Of a stretch of 64,000 nucleotides of DNA, positions 38,301-49,976 are shown piece after piece. Within the stretch, counting starts at the first letter, position 1. Every line of letters starts with the position of its first letter. The translations under genes and the position numbers were made by a program. Origin of the DNA: Vitrella brassicaformis CCMP3155 (Eukaryota; Protista; Chromerida); assembly GCA_001179505.1 (NCBI GenBank), contig CDMY01000379.1, positions 1 to 64,000 of the forward strand. The letters run 5' to 3'. The notes under the pieces are model-generated. The model had not been told where the DNA came from. It searched no databases and saw only the letters and a list, made by a program, of their open reading frames with translations.

Positions 38301-39115
38301 CCTCAGACGAAAGGTCTCGATCTCTGCGTTCTTGAACTCATTTCTGCCCAGGGGGAGGGACATCTCGGTGGCCAGCCCAACGCGGTCGAGGATGAAGGTG
38401 CGGTTGGGCAGCTTGATGGGGCCGTTGAGGTCGAACCCGCCCAGAGCCTTGTCGAGAAACTGCTGAATCCTGAGTCAGACAGAGGGCGATGGATGGATGG
38501 ATGGACGAGTGGGGGAAAGTGCTGTGTGAGGGGTCGGGTGAGTGTACCTGTTGTCGACAGGGCATTGGTAGTCGTGCAGCAGTCGGCGCATCTGACGGTG
38601 GTGCTTCAGCAGGTCGTCGCTGCCACTCAACAACTCCATCGTGCCCTGAATGAGAACACACCCACACACCCACACACACACACAAACACACAACCAAACA
38701 ACCCCATCACTGCAGTCAACACACCCCACACCAGACACCCCGCCCGGGCACCCACTGTGCCCACCTGCAGATGCAGTGAGCCGTCGGGGTCGAGTTCTTG
38801 CGGCAGGATGACCTCCTTGGCCAGCCCCGCCAGCTTGACCGCGATGTACCGAATCATGTACTTGCGAGACATCGGCGCCGGTGTGCCATCGGGGGACAGG
38901 CCTGACGACACACACAGACACACACAGACACACACAGACACCGGCAGACACACGTAAAAGTGTGTGTCGGTGCTTGCCCGCCGCTGTCTGTCTGTCTGTC
39001 TGTCTGTGTGTGGGGCTGTGTGGTTTGATTGTGTGATCGTGTGTCGCCCACCGGTGAGCCGTGGCAGATCCCCCGGAGGGCACCCCAGGATGGAGTCGTC
39101 ACTCGTGTTTGCCAT
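32364..39115 (-). CDS. Pyrophosphate-dependent phosphoenolpyruvate carboxykinase (PPi-PEPCK / PEP carboxytransphosphorylase), more than 20 exons, interrupted by an N gap
   Basis: [140 protein letters not shown] and [13 protein letters not shown]. These fit the Entamoeba/Propionibacterium PPi-type family. Confidence 0.88.
34677..34976. other. Assembly gap, one of seven fixed 300-N gaps (11401, 19642, 34677, 41905, 46410, 59497, 63606)
   Basis: Each N run is exactly 300 nt. Several abut G/C homopolymers or microsatellites. Confidence 0.98.
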
Positions 39116-39405
39116 CCTTGCTTCTCCTGTGGGAGTCACTCAATGGGTCTTCAGGGGGGCTTTCCTCTTGACAACGATTGACAGATCAGCTGCTTAGCTG
39201 CTCGTGGCCACCACGTCAGCAGCTACACACTATCGAGAACGAAAACCGTCGCCAACGCAGGTTTCCCAAAAAATAAACAGATCGCAGTCGCCACACAGCT
39301 CGCAACCGGGGCGAAGAGAAGAACACGGAGATCTTGAGTCCACTCGCTGCTAAGCTTGCAGGCGTCCTGAGAATGGCGTGATTCGATGAGTGCGAGTGCG
39401 GCATT
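39116..39405. promoter_or_regulatory. Bidirectional promoter (PPi-PEPCK / symplekin)
   Basis: Divergent ATGs 291 bp apart. agctcgcaa at 39298-39306. Confidence 0.45.
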
Positions 39406-42400
39406 ATGACGTCGCTGAGTTTCTACGGCGCGTCGCTGCCCGCCCTGCAGGTGCCGGCCGCCGCTGCGATGCCGGGTGCCGCCAGCTTTGCCACCCGGCG
39501 TCATCCGCCTTATCCGCAGCGCGGCGTGCCTGTGCGAGATGAGCTGGTGGAGCTCTTCAATGACGCACTCAGCGAGCAGGACCAGAAGGCGCGGGTCAAG
39601 AAGCTGCAGGAGGTCAGTCAGTCAGTCATCAGACAGACAGTCACAGAGACAGACAGACAGATCGGCGGATAGCGGTGCGGTGTGTTGAGTGATTGATTGA
39701 TGTGTGTGTGTGTATAGGCGAAGGAGGTGTTCTTCGGTCACTGTCGGACTGGCGGCGACGAGCAGAGCAAGATCGTCATGGAGTTCCTCCCACAAGTCCT
39801 CGAGCTCAGGGTGAGTCAGTGTCTGCCTGTTTGTCTGTCTGTCTGTCTGTCTGCTTGTATGTGTGAACGATGCCATATATCTGTGTGTGTTGGATGTGTG
39901 CAGCTGCAGCCGTCTGTGGCGGTGCATCGGTTCGTCATGTACTTCATTCAGAAGCTAGAGACCCTGCTGCCCATGTGTAAGGGACAGGGCAGGCAAGCAG
40001 GCGGCCACACGTATGTGTATGTGTGTTACATGTGGCGTCGCTGTCGATTGTCAGATGTGCCGCTGTGCATGGACGCCTTCAAGATGTTCCTGCAGGTGAG
40101 CTGTGCTCTGCTCGTCAACACAAGCACGGTCCTGTACCATGAGCGTCTGTGCGTGTCTGTGTGTGATGGACGGATGAATGGATGGATCAGTCTGACGAGA
40201 GGACACTCTACCGTCTGGCTCTCTTCAGCGGTCAGTCAGTCAGTCAGTCAGTCAGTGAACACACAACCACACAGACAGACACACACAAACAGACACACAC
40301 GCGCGCATTCACTGTCCCTAATTCGACATGTATGCAGCCCCCTCCATCTACCGCAAAGTCATGCTGTGGTCACACGTTCCCGCAGCCGAGTGGCGAGCGC
40401 CACACCTCACCCTCCAGCTGCAGGCCGGCAGCTTCCACGCCCTCACCGACTGCACGGCCTTCATCCACAGCCTGCTGCGGGACGGCGGCAGCCGGTTCAC
40501 CAACGCCAATCGGGAGAAGATGCTCATGGTGACCATCAAGTACGTCCAGACTGAGTTGCTCTCGCTGACCATCGCGCCGGTCGTCAGGCGGCCGGCGATG
40601 ATTCAGCCGACGGAGGTCGAGTGCCTGCAGGACCTGCCTTTTACAACATCGAGGCTGCACCCACCACCAGCACCCTCTCAGTCGATGGACCAACAGACAC
40701 ATGTTAAAACCGAACCAGGTGTGTGTGGCAGCAGACACAAAAACCGACAAGGCTTCCACGTGGTGGTGTGTGTGTCTTGTGTGTCTGTGTCAGGCGCCCC
40801 TGCTGTGCCGTCTAGCAGGCCGGCGAAGCACCGGAGTGACCTTCAGACGGGCCCCTTGTGGGCGGCTGGCCAGGTGCGGGACGCCATGGACCTCCTCACT
40901 GACATGATCACCAAACCGGCCTTCACAAGTACGTCACGCGCTCGCCCATCAACACACAGACATAGGAGAGAGGAAAGGGCGGATGGGCTGGTCGGCGCTG
41001 TGTTTCTGTGCCTTTTGCAGGTCCGATAGTGCTGCAGTCGGTGCTGGTCGTTGCTGGCATGGTGAGCGGGCACAACCCACCACAGCACAACATACATACG
41101 AGGAGAGCACCGTGTGTTGTGTTGTGTTGTGTTCTGGCTGGTGTGCAGGTGGGCAGCCGTCGGCCCCAGCTGCTGCCTCAGCTGCTCGAGGCCATCCAGG
41201 CCCTCATCGACATAATCAACCAGCCACCAAAGGTGAGATCTCATCTGACCCCCAGCACCTCCCCACACAGCACAAAAAATGGATGTGCGTGGTCTCTTGT
41301 CTGACTCAGGCGAGCAAGGCTGACGTGCGCCACCCAGCTGAGCGTGGCGGGCGTGTGCGTGAAGAGCTGAGGAAGACCGCGGTGCGCATCCTGCAGATGA
41401 TACTCATCTCGCCCTCATCCGCCGCATGGTCCGTAGACCTCCCCCTCCCCCTCCCTCACTGAGTATATCTGTCTTAAGTCCATGCGTCGATTAGGTGTGG
41501 GACGTTGGCCACGATGCTGCATGGGCTGGGTGAGGAGGGGCCGCTGGAGGTATTGCGGCAGAAGGCCGTCGACGACACCAGGACCTACAGACAGACCAAG
41601 AAAAGGGTGAGGGAGAGATGGAGATTGGTGGATCAACGTGTGTGTGTGTGTGTGTGTGCCTTGGTTGGTTGGCGCAGAAGAGGATGATGCTTGACGCCGA
41701 CACATCTGACCGTGAGATGACATGCCGACAAACACTCTGCATCTTTTGACACTGATGGCATATCGTTTTGCTCGTGTGTGTGTGGTTTGCTGTGTGTGGT
41801 TGCGCAGAGCCATCGACAAGGCGGCTCAAAAAGGGTATGTGTGTGTCACACACACGCGCACACAAAAACAAGAAACAAAAGACATGGGAAGAATGAAATG
41901 ACGANNNNNNNNNNNNNNNNNNNNNNNNNNNNNNNNNNNNNNNNNNNNNNNNNNNNNNNNNNNNNNNNNNNNNNNNNNNNNNNNNNNNNNNNNNNNNNNN
42001 NNNNNNNNNNNNNNNNNNNNNNNNNNNNNNNNNNNNNNNNNNNNNNNNNNNNNNNNNNNNNNNNNNNNNNNNNNNNNNNNNNNNNNNNNNNNNNNNNNNN
42101 NNNNNNNNNNNNNNNNNNNNNNNNNNNNNNNNNNNNNNNNNNNNNNNNNNNNNNNNNNNNNNNNNNNNNNNNNNNNNNNNNNNNNNNNNNNNNNNNNNNN
42201 NNNNCCCCCCATCTATGTATCCATTTGTGCAGACCCCACAACTGGCCAGTACCACGTGCAGCCAATCCAGAAGTACGCGCACACACACACACACACACAC
42301 GAAAGACAAGACACATCTTTCTTGTCTCCCCTCTCCTCCCCTCCCCTATTCTTATGTCAGGGTGGATGCGCTAGCAGCGGTGCAGTCCCGCCAGACCCCC

Positions 42401-45400
42401 GACCAGCTCGCCGACCTCGTCATCACCACTTTCACCGCACCAAACAGCGCCTCCATCCTCAAAACCATACCCAAACACGCCCCCTCCGAGCGACCCGTGC
42501 TCACACACCCATTCGGCACAGCTGACGGCAGCAAGAACGGCCCCCTCCCTCTCCCTCTCCCTGCCCACCCAGAGGCAGAGCAGAAGGAGATCCTCATGGA
42601 TGGGGAGGACGATGCGCAGATGGCGGTTGACTCGGTGCCTCCTGCTGCTGCTGCTGCTGCTTCTGGTGAGGACCAGTTGATGGCCGAGGCACCACAACAG
42701 GGAGAAGAGCAGCAGCCGTCAGCAGTCGCATTGTGGGCGGAGAGTCGCCAGCAGCAGCAGCAGCAGCAGCAGCGTGCTCATGGCGCTCCTGTATCTGCGC
42801 AGCCCATCGGTGCGGACGAGGCCACGGCGCTCCAGAGACTCGTGTTTGATGAGCTGCTCGGTAAGGTCACATGTGGCCAGAAAAGACGGAGAACATGAGG
42901 ACGGATGTGTGTGTATGTCGATGGGTTTGTAGGAGCGCCTTTATCTGGGTCGTCATTGTCCGTGTCCTCCTCACCTCGGAGCCGACAGACAGAGACAGAC
43001 AGGGACGTCAACCAGGTAAGACAAAGGGAAGGGATGTTGAGACGACATGGCACCAGGCGTGTATGTCTTGTCTATCTGTTTTGTGTGGCCATGTTGTAGG
43101 TCAAGTTGGGTGTGGTGTTTCGCGTGGTCATGTCTGGCCAGCTGCCGCCCTCATCCGAGCGGCAACTCATAAAGCGACTCGTGCAATCCATACTCAAGTA
43201 ACCAACTCGCCCCACCCCCCCAGCTGCTGGCACATGCATTTGTATGTGTGTGTGTTGTGTATGTTGAGCTGTCTGCAGGCGTCAGACGCCTATGGAGCCC
43301 GAGCTCGTCGAGGACACGACGGGCGACGACAGCGGCGTGCCCGTCTTCCCACCCCCATTCGCACCCGAACAGGTCGGTGGCCACACACCCATTGCCACAA
43401 CACCACAGCACACATGGATAGATGTGTGTGTTTCGCCTTCCTTCCTAATCCAGGATGACGAAGCCACAGCGACCACAGCGTCGTCAGGGCTGACCCCCGC
43501 CCGTCTGTCCTACCTGCAGGACCTCATCCACTTCAAGTTTGCCCGGGACATCCACACCTATGACACACGCGCAGACACAGAGAGGGAGAGGGAGAGGAGG
43601 GGTCTGCAGCACGACAGTGAGCTGCTGGCCTGGGTGGAGGGCGGCAAGAGGCCCTCTGCTGTGCTCGGCTGGGGAGTGGGGGTGGACGGCACGACCGATG
43701 CTGCTGCTGCTGATGGTGGCGAGGAGGGGGAGAGGCGTGTTTGCTATGGCGAGGTCGTCATGACGGTCTGCGACACCATCCCGAAATGGGTCGACGTGAA
43801 ACAAAAGTCAGCACAGAGCAGTGGAAGCGAGCCGGTGCGTTTGTTGAAACTGTCACGTGCGTGTGTCACATGCCAGGGATTTCCACAAGTCTTTTGCGCG
43901 TCTGATAGCGGACCTGCCATACGTGCCGTCGGGGGTGTACGGGCTGCTGTACCGTCAGGCGCTCGATGAGCAGACGCGGCTGCCCGCACTCATGGCCATC
44001 TTCCACTTGCTCAAACACAAGACAACCACCCTGTGCAGAAAGTCAGCAACACACACACACGCACCAGACACTGCTGTCTGCATCTGTGTGTGTGTGTGTG
44101 TGTGCGTGCAGGTCGGCCATGGGTGTGTTCCTGCGTCTCTGTTTCGCCAAGGACTTCCACTGCCGCTTCCGAGCCATCAGCCTCTGCGTCAGCCGATTCT
44201 ACACACCACCGCCAGCACCACCGCCAGCACCACCACAAGCACAACAGACAGACGCCGACGAGCATCCAGCTATTGCAGAGGACTTCAGCGGTGTGTCCGA
44301 CTGGCTGCGGCCAGAGCAAGGGGGCGGTGGCGAGATGCATGAGATGGAGAAAGAGATGCATGTGGGTGTGGAGGCGCCACAGCCAGATGGTGATGGTGAT
44401 GTTGACGAGGGTGGTTTCGGGTGGGAGGATCCCACTGTGTACAGCGGCAAGTGGACGGAGGAATGTGCCGGCATCATGCTCAGGTGAGAGAGTGAGTGAG
44501 AGGCAATGCAGCTGTGTGGTGGGTGGGTCATGTGGCTGGGCGGATGGATGGATGGACGGATGGTCACACAGGTCGCTGGTGAAGCCTGATGAGCAGACGG
44601 GCGAGGGCAGGTTCTTCGCCCACCCCATCATTCCATGTCGCTACATCGCACAGCTGTGTCAGGAGATGCTCGATGAGCTCAAAGGTGAGATTTGCGTGCT
44701 GCAAGAGTGTGTATCGAGATGTCCATTTGTCTATGCCACAGATATGGAGAGCGAGTCCGATCACACGTCGGCGTGCATGATGCTGTACATCGCCCTGTGC
44801 TTCAAGCGGCCCCTCCTGCTGCACGCATACTTCCACGTCTACACGCTCTGCACACAGCCGGAAGTGCAGCAGACACTCAACACAAAACTCGCAGAGGTCA
44901 CACAAGAGACAGTGGGTGGGAGGGAGAGAGAGATGGATGGATGGGTGTTGTTCTGTGTGTGTCAGGTGGTTGCCAACCTCTCCCCCACCCACCCAGAGCT
45001 GCCCAGGCTAATCAGGGTACGGAGGGCATCGAAGGCGATGAATGCACGCCCATTCTATCGCTGCCTCCTATACATGTGTGTGTGTGTCAGGGAGCCACCC
45101 CGGCCAACGAGACGCTCGTCATCACGCTGCTGGACGCACTCTCAGCTCAGTCAGCCGCCAAGGAAGGTAAACAAACGCAACACAAGACGACACAACCATC
45201 CCATGTGATGTCGATCCGTTCATCTACACATCAGGTGGATTGGTGCTGAGTCGTGAGATGGCGGAGGCCGTGCTGTCCCTCTACCGCCAGACGCAAAATG
45301 CCCAGCTACTCGTGCCCATCGTCGGACACCTGCACAAGTATGCAAGCTATGCAATCACACACTCCCACCCACCCCTGCAATCCCCACCCACCCCACACAC

Positions 45401-46922
45401 ACACATGCATCCCTTGTCTGTCTGTCTGTCTGTCTGTCTGTGTGTCTGAGCAGGTCTGAGGTATTGCAGCTGCTGCCCTTCGTGCTGAAGCTCGAGTCGA
45501 AGGATCAGGTCAAGACGGCATTCGCCAGACTGCTGAGCGGGGCCGCTGCCGCCGCTGGGGGCGTTGCTGCTGCTGCTGGTGGCGGTGAGATCGATCGCGT
45601 GACGGCGGTCGATCTGCTGGAGGCCATCATCCGAGTGGAGAGGGACAACCGGGAGAACCTGCCCATCAAACGGATTTCGGACTCGCTGGACTGCTGCTTC
45701 GAACTGAGAGACAAAATCGACACCAAAGTAAGACACACACAGAGAGAGAGAGAGAGAGAGCGCGAGTCGTGTCACTCGTCTGCCTGGCGGGATGTGTGTG
45801 TGTGTGTCAGTCGTTCCCCATTGTGATGACGCGCATCCTCGAGACCACCGAGCTAGAGGCATTGCCAAAGCTGTTCGGACGGCTGGTGGGAACAAACACG
45901 TGATGTGATGACAACCGCATGACCTGTTCCCTGTTCACCTGTATGTATGTGTCTGTGTGTAGATGGTGTTGGTGCTTCGCGAGTTCCCCACTGTGCGTGA
46001 CTTCATGGTCGAGGAGATACTGCCCAAACTGGTCGAAAAGAAGGTCAGCGAAGAGAGGTGCATGGGCCTGCAGCCAAGGTGTCTGTCATCGATGTTTGTC
46101 GATCAGGTGTGGAACGACCGCGTGCATTGGCGGGGCTTCCTTCACTGCCTCAAGGACCTCTGGCCGGCCTCATGCCCAATACTCATCACCCTCCCCAGGT
46201 GTGCTGAGTGGCCAGCTGTCATGGTCGGTCTGTCTCTCTGTGTGTATCGACGTGCGTGTCTGTGTCAGTTCCCAAGTGGAGGATCTGTTGGTTGAGAATC
46301 CTGCGTGGCGGGGGGAGTTCTCCGAGTACCTCAAGCGACTGGTATGTCTGTGTGTCAACAGCCAACACCAATGTGCGTCTGTCGTCACGTGTGTGTGTGT
46401 GTGTGTGTGNNNNNNNNNNNNNNNNNNNNNNNNNNNNNNNNNNNNNNNNNNNNNNNNNNNNNNNNNNNNNNNNNNNNNNNNNNNNNNNNNNNNNNNNNNN
46501 NNNNNNNNNNNNNNNNNNNNNNNNNNNNNNNNNNNNNNNNNNNNNNNNNNNNNNNNNNNNNNNNNNNNNNNNNNNNNNNNNNNNNNNNNNNNNNNNNNNN
46601 NNNNNNNNNNNNNNNNNNNNNNNNNNNNNNNNNNNNNNNNNNNNNNNNNNNNNNNNNNNNNNNNNNNNNNNNNNNNNNNNNNNNNNNNNNNNNNNNNNNN
46701 NNNNNNNNNTGCAGGCCGAGATGGCCGAGTTGCGCCAAGACCCCGGGGCTCCTCAGGGTGCCTGTCAGAGGATTGCTCTCGATGAAGGCTTTGCTATGCT
46801 GCAGCTGGCCGCTGCTCACGGGGGGTGCGATCACAGACATACTCGTGTGTGTGGGGTGTTATGACCCATGTGCAGCTCAGCAGCGAGTCGTGTGCAGGAG
46901 ATTTCCGGCACCAGCTTATTGA
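39406..46922 (+). CDS. SYMPK: Symplekin / Pta1 (CPSF scaffold), multi-exon, two N gaps; 3' end approximate
   Basis: HEAT-like N-terminal domain (VELFNDA..VKKLQE, EFLPQVLE, VHRFVMYFIQK). Symplekin C-terminal segments LLVPIVGHLHK, VLQLLPFVL, ALPKLFGR, ILPKLVEKK|VWNDRVHWRGFLHC..SCPILITLP. Confidence 0.8.
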
Positions 46923-47410
46923 CCGGGGCATCCAGCTTGTTACGCACAGCCGTCGAGCGGTGCTCTCGGAGGTCCGTCTGACTGACCCCCTCCCTCCCCT
47001 CTGTATGTGAGTGTCTGTCATCTCTGCAGGCCCGTCTTTCGCTCCGTGTGCATGGCCCGGCCCATCCAACACATGGATCTGGTGCACCCTTGAGTGAGCT
47101 ACACAGGTGCCAAGAGAGAGGGGCAGGTCAGCAAAACTGACGGCGCCACGCAACCGAACAAAAATGTCACCATTTTGCCATTTCTGACCGTAGGATGACC
47201 CTTGTCGGCCACCTGTAGGCCCACATACGACTGATAGACCTATAATAGAGGTATGTGTGGGTGCGAAATCCATCAAAATGACTTTTTTGTGCGCGACTTT
47301 TCTTCTCTGACCTACTTCGCCCAGTGGGTGGGCAATCAATCTACCCCCAGGTAGTAAGTATACACCCTCCACACACACCCTCCCTCTCCCTCTCTCCCTC
47401 TCCCTCTCCC

Positions 47411-47445
<35 letters not shown>

Positions 47446-47922
47446 AATCAGCCGTCTGGGTCGGTGCCGTCACAGCTGGTGCATCTGAGGCAGGCCATCT
47501 GACTATATACCGAGAGGGAGGGAGGGAGGGACATACGTGGATCGGTGGATAGATGGATGGGTGCGTTGTGGTTGGTGTGGGTGTGGTTGGACGATGCTGT
47601 GTGCAATATACACCATGACTATCAATGCTTGAATATACATTGCACGAGCCTTGTTGGATTTTCACTTTGGGTTTTCACTTTGGGTTGACGTGAGGGCGAG
47701 CATTCACACGCACGAGTCTCATATTCCATCAAGCACGACACGCCGCATCACACACCATGCAGCGAGGCCTGGAGATAGACAGGAAGAAGACCATTTGAAA
47801 CCAGCAAGTGCCATGTCTACTTCCAGGCTACCCGTCTTGACATCAACACGCACACCCGTGATGACACTAGCCCCTCTCCCCTCCCCCTTAGTCATGTTTG
47901 ACGTGTGTCTCTCTTCACATCT

Positions 47923-48536
47923 TCACATCTGGGCCATCATTGCCGCTGCCTCCGCAATACGGGCGGCGAAGCGAGCAGTCGAAACCGGGATCAGGCCCGG
48001 GTCGCTGTAGCTCAGATCAGAGCCCAGCTCAGCCGCCGCTCGTAGGGCCGCTGTGTCTTGGGTTCTGTCGGGGATGTCGTTGGCCACCGGGGCCTCCTCC
48101 GTTTCATTGCTGGGCGTGTCCACATCGCCCCCGTTCTCTGTCTCGTTGCTGGTGCTGTTCGAGGCCGCTTCCTCTTGGCTGCTGTTGTCCGTTCGGGCCG
48201 CACCGTTGATGAGAGCCAGCAGCTCCTGGCCTGCCAGGCGGCCTTGGACAGATGCATTCACCAGGGCCAGTATCGCAAGGCCCATACGACGGCCTTCGGC
48301 GGCGGGCACAGGCTGCATGCAGGTGCGGTAGCCAAGGGAGCCGGCACCCTTGCTGGTAAGGCACATGGTGGATGATGCCGGTTGGCTGACGCGCCGACCC
48401 AATGGAGCAAACTTGAAGAAACTCGGAAAGAGCGGCACCGGCCCTGAGACGTCTGCTGGGGCTGATCCTTTCACTGCGCTGCTGCCGCAGGGTACTCGCT
48501 TGTTGTTGTGAGGGAAAGAACGTCTGATGCCTCGAG
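47923..48536 (-). CDS. Possible 5'-truncated ORF with a Cys pair resembling a ricin-B subdomain and an S/E/T-rich linker
   Basis: Open frame STMCLTSKGAGSLGYRTC..MGLAILALVN..DNSSQEEAASNSTSNETE. No ATG upstream of 48474 in frame. Confidence 0.3.
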
Positions 48537-48651
48537 CTCAAACGGACCAGTTTCGTTTTTTCGTCGACCCCCAGGAAAACCCGACCGCGAAACCTTCCGC
48601 GTCCGTGGGTCGAGGGGGCGCTCCAAAAAAGAGAGGAAGAGAGAGTGGAAG

Positions 48652-49928
48652 ATGGCCTCTCCTCTTGCGGTCGGGAAGTTGAGCATCCGTGTCCGCAACA
48701 AGGCCCTATCGAGAGCCCATGTTCGTGTGGTGGAGGCGAGGGAGCGGAAGACAGTCGAGCAGGAGCTCGAGAAGGCCGTGGAAAAGGGGAAGAAGATGGA
48801 GCGGGGGGGTGGAGTCACGGCTGGGTTTGGCGGCGTTGAGATCGGCCTGGAGGCCAACAGGGGCACAGAAACACGTAAGAACGGGAGGGCTCCACCCCAG
48901 CGAAGTTGGGGCAGGGCTCCTATTGTCTTGTGTATGTGTTCAGGTGACAAGACGGAGGAGAAGAGCCGTGTTCACATTCAGTAATCATTGAAGAGTCGGC
49001 CTTTCAGCTGCTCAACCAACTCATACACCCAGAAGAGCACCCCAATGGCATCGCAATCATAAGGGTGAGGGAAGAGCCCATGGATCTGCAGAGGTCGTTC
49101 ACTTGCCCCGCTGCTCATTTGTCAATTGTCGTCAGGGTAACCCGCCATTTGTGTCGCTTCTGACCGAGACCATCGAGGCCGCAAACATCGAGGCCAAAGA
49201 GGCGGCTTTTCGTCTCAACAACGTCGCCACAAGGCTTGTCTTGACATCGGCGAAGAGCATGGCTCTCGGGGTGTCAGTCGGGCTCGAAAAGAAGAAGGGA
49301 CGGGAGACGCATGAGGAGGCCGACCCCTCGCAGCTGTGGATCAAGCAGACGGACACCTTTTGCCCCAAAGGCGCTTTCCGTTTGGTGCCGAAGGCTTTCC
49401 CTGACAAGACACTGGCGGTGAGCCAATTGATGGGCAACAAGCTCGTCCTCGATTCCCCAACGGCCGAGACAGACGCCAAGAACACCAAGGGAGAGGCGAA
49501 ATTTGAACAGTGTCATGGTCTCTGCAGAAGATGTCCAAGCCCCCCAGCCGACGACAGGGGGCCTCTGCGCTCTCTGTTGTCAGATCTGCAAGGACCAGGT
49601 CCGCGTCTCGCCCGACATAGAATTCGACGAAAGAGGCGAGCAGAGGAGGGGAAGCAGTCAGTGCGACGAGCAGACAGTTGCCGTCAAGTGTCACGGCCTG
49701 CCGGATTACGTGGTGGGAGTCAAGACCTCTGGCAACACCAAAACTCTGGTGCTGGTGAAAGAAGACAAAGGCGTCCCAAAGGAGGCCCTGTGGCGTTGCA
49801 GCCAGCCGATTGTGGCCGAGAAGGGTAAAAAGGCGCTGACAGACAGTGCCTGCAAGCACACGACATATCTTCTGCCTCAGGTCAAGATGTGCTCACCGAA
49901 GCTGCCACGACGGAGGAGGTCGGCGAGG
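48652..49928 (+). CDS. N-terminal part of a probable fusion gene: beta-hairpin-rich domain + QxW/ricin-B-like lectin module, spliced into the ankyrin array
   Basis: By-eye exons 48652-48874, 48982-~49062, ~49136-49427, ~49582-49824 and ~49880-49928. Segments GGGVTAGFGGVEIGLEAN, MALGVSVGLEK, DPSQLWIK..GAFRLVPK..DKTLAI and EALWRC. The ankyrin ATG at 49977 sits directly after an acceptor (tttcctgcag|ATG). Confidence 0.5.
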
Positions 49929-49976
49929 TGCATTCACTGATGTCACTCACGTATCCTGACCATATGTTTCCTGCAG

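Noticed and set aside
18840-46922. Apparent cluster of RNA-processing genes (TGS1-like, RPB5, RdRP, pICln, symplekin)
   Set aside because: They are interspersed with unrelated genes (GOT1, PEPCK) and RNA-metabolism genes are common. The TGS1-like copy looks decayed, so there is no evidence beyond chance.
48944-48984. Apparent frameshift or stop (RVHIQ*) in exon 2 of the lectin/ankyrin gene
   Set aside because: Using the downstream acceptor ttcacattcag| at 48981 restores the frame (..TET-LIIEESAFQ..), so no lesion is needed.
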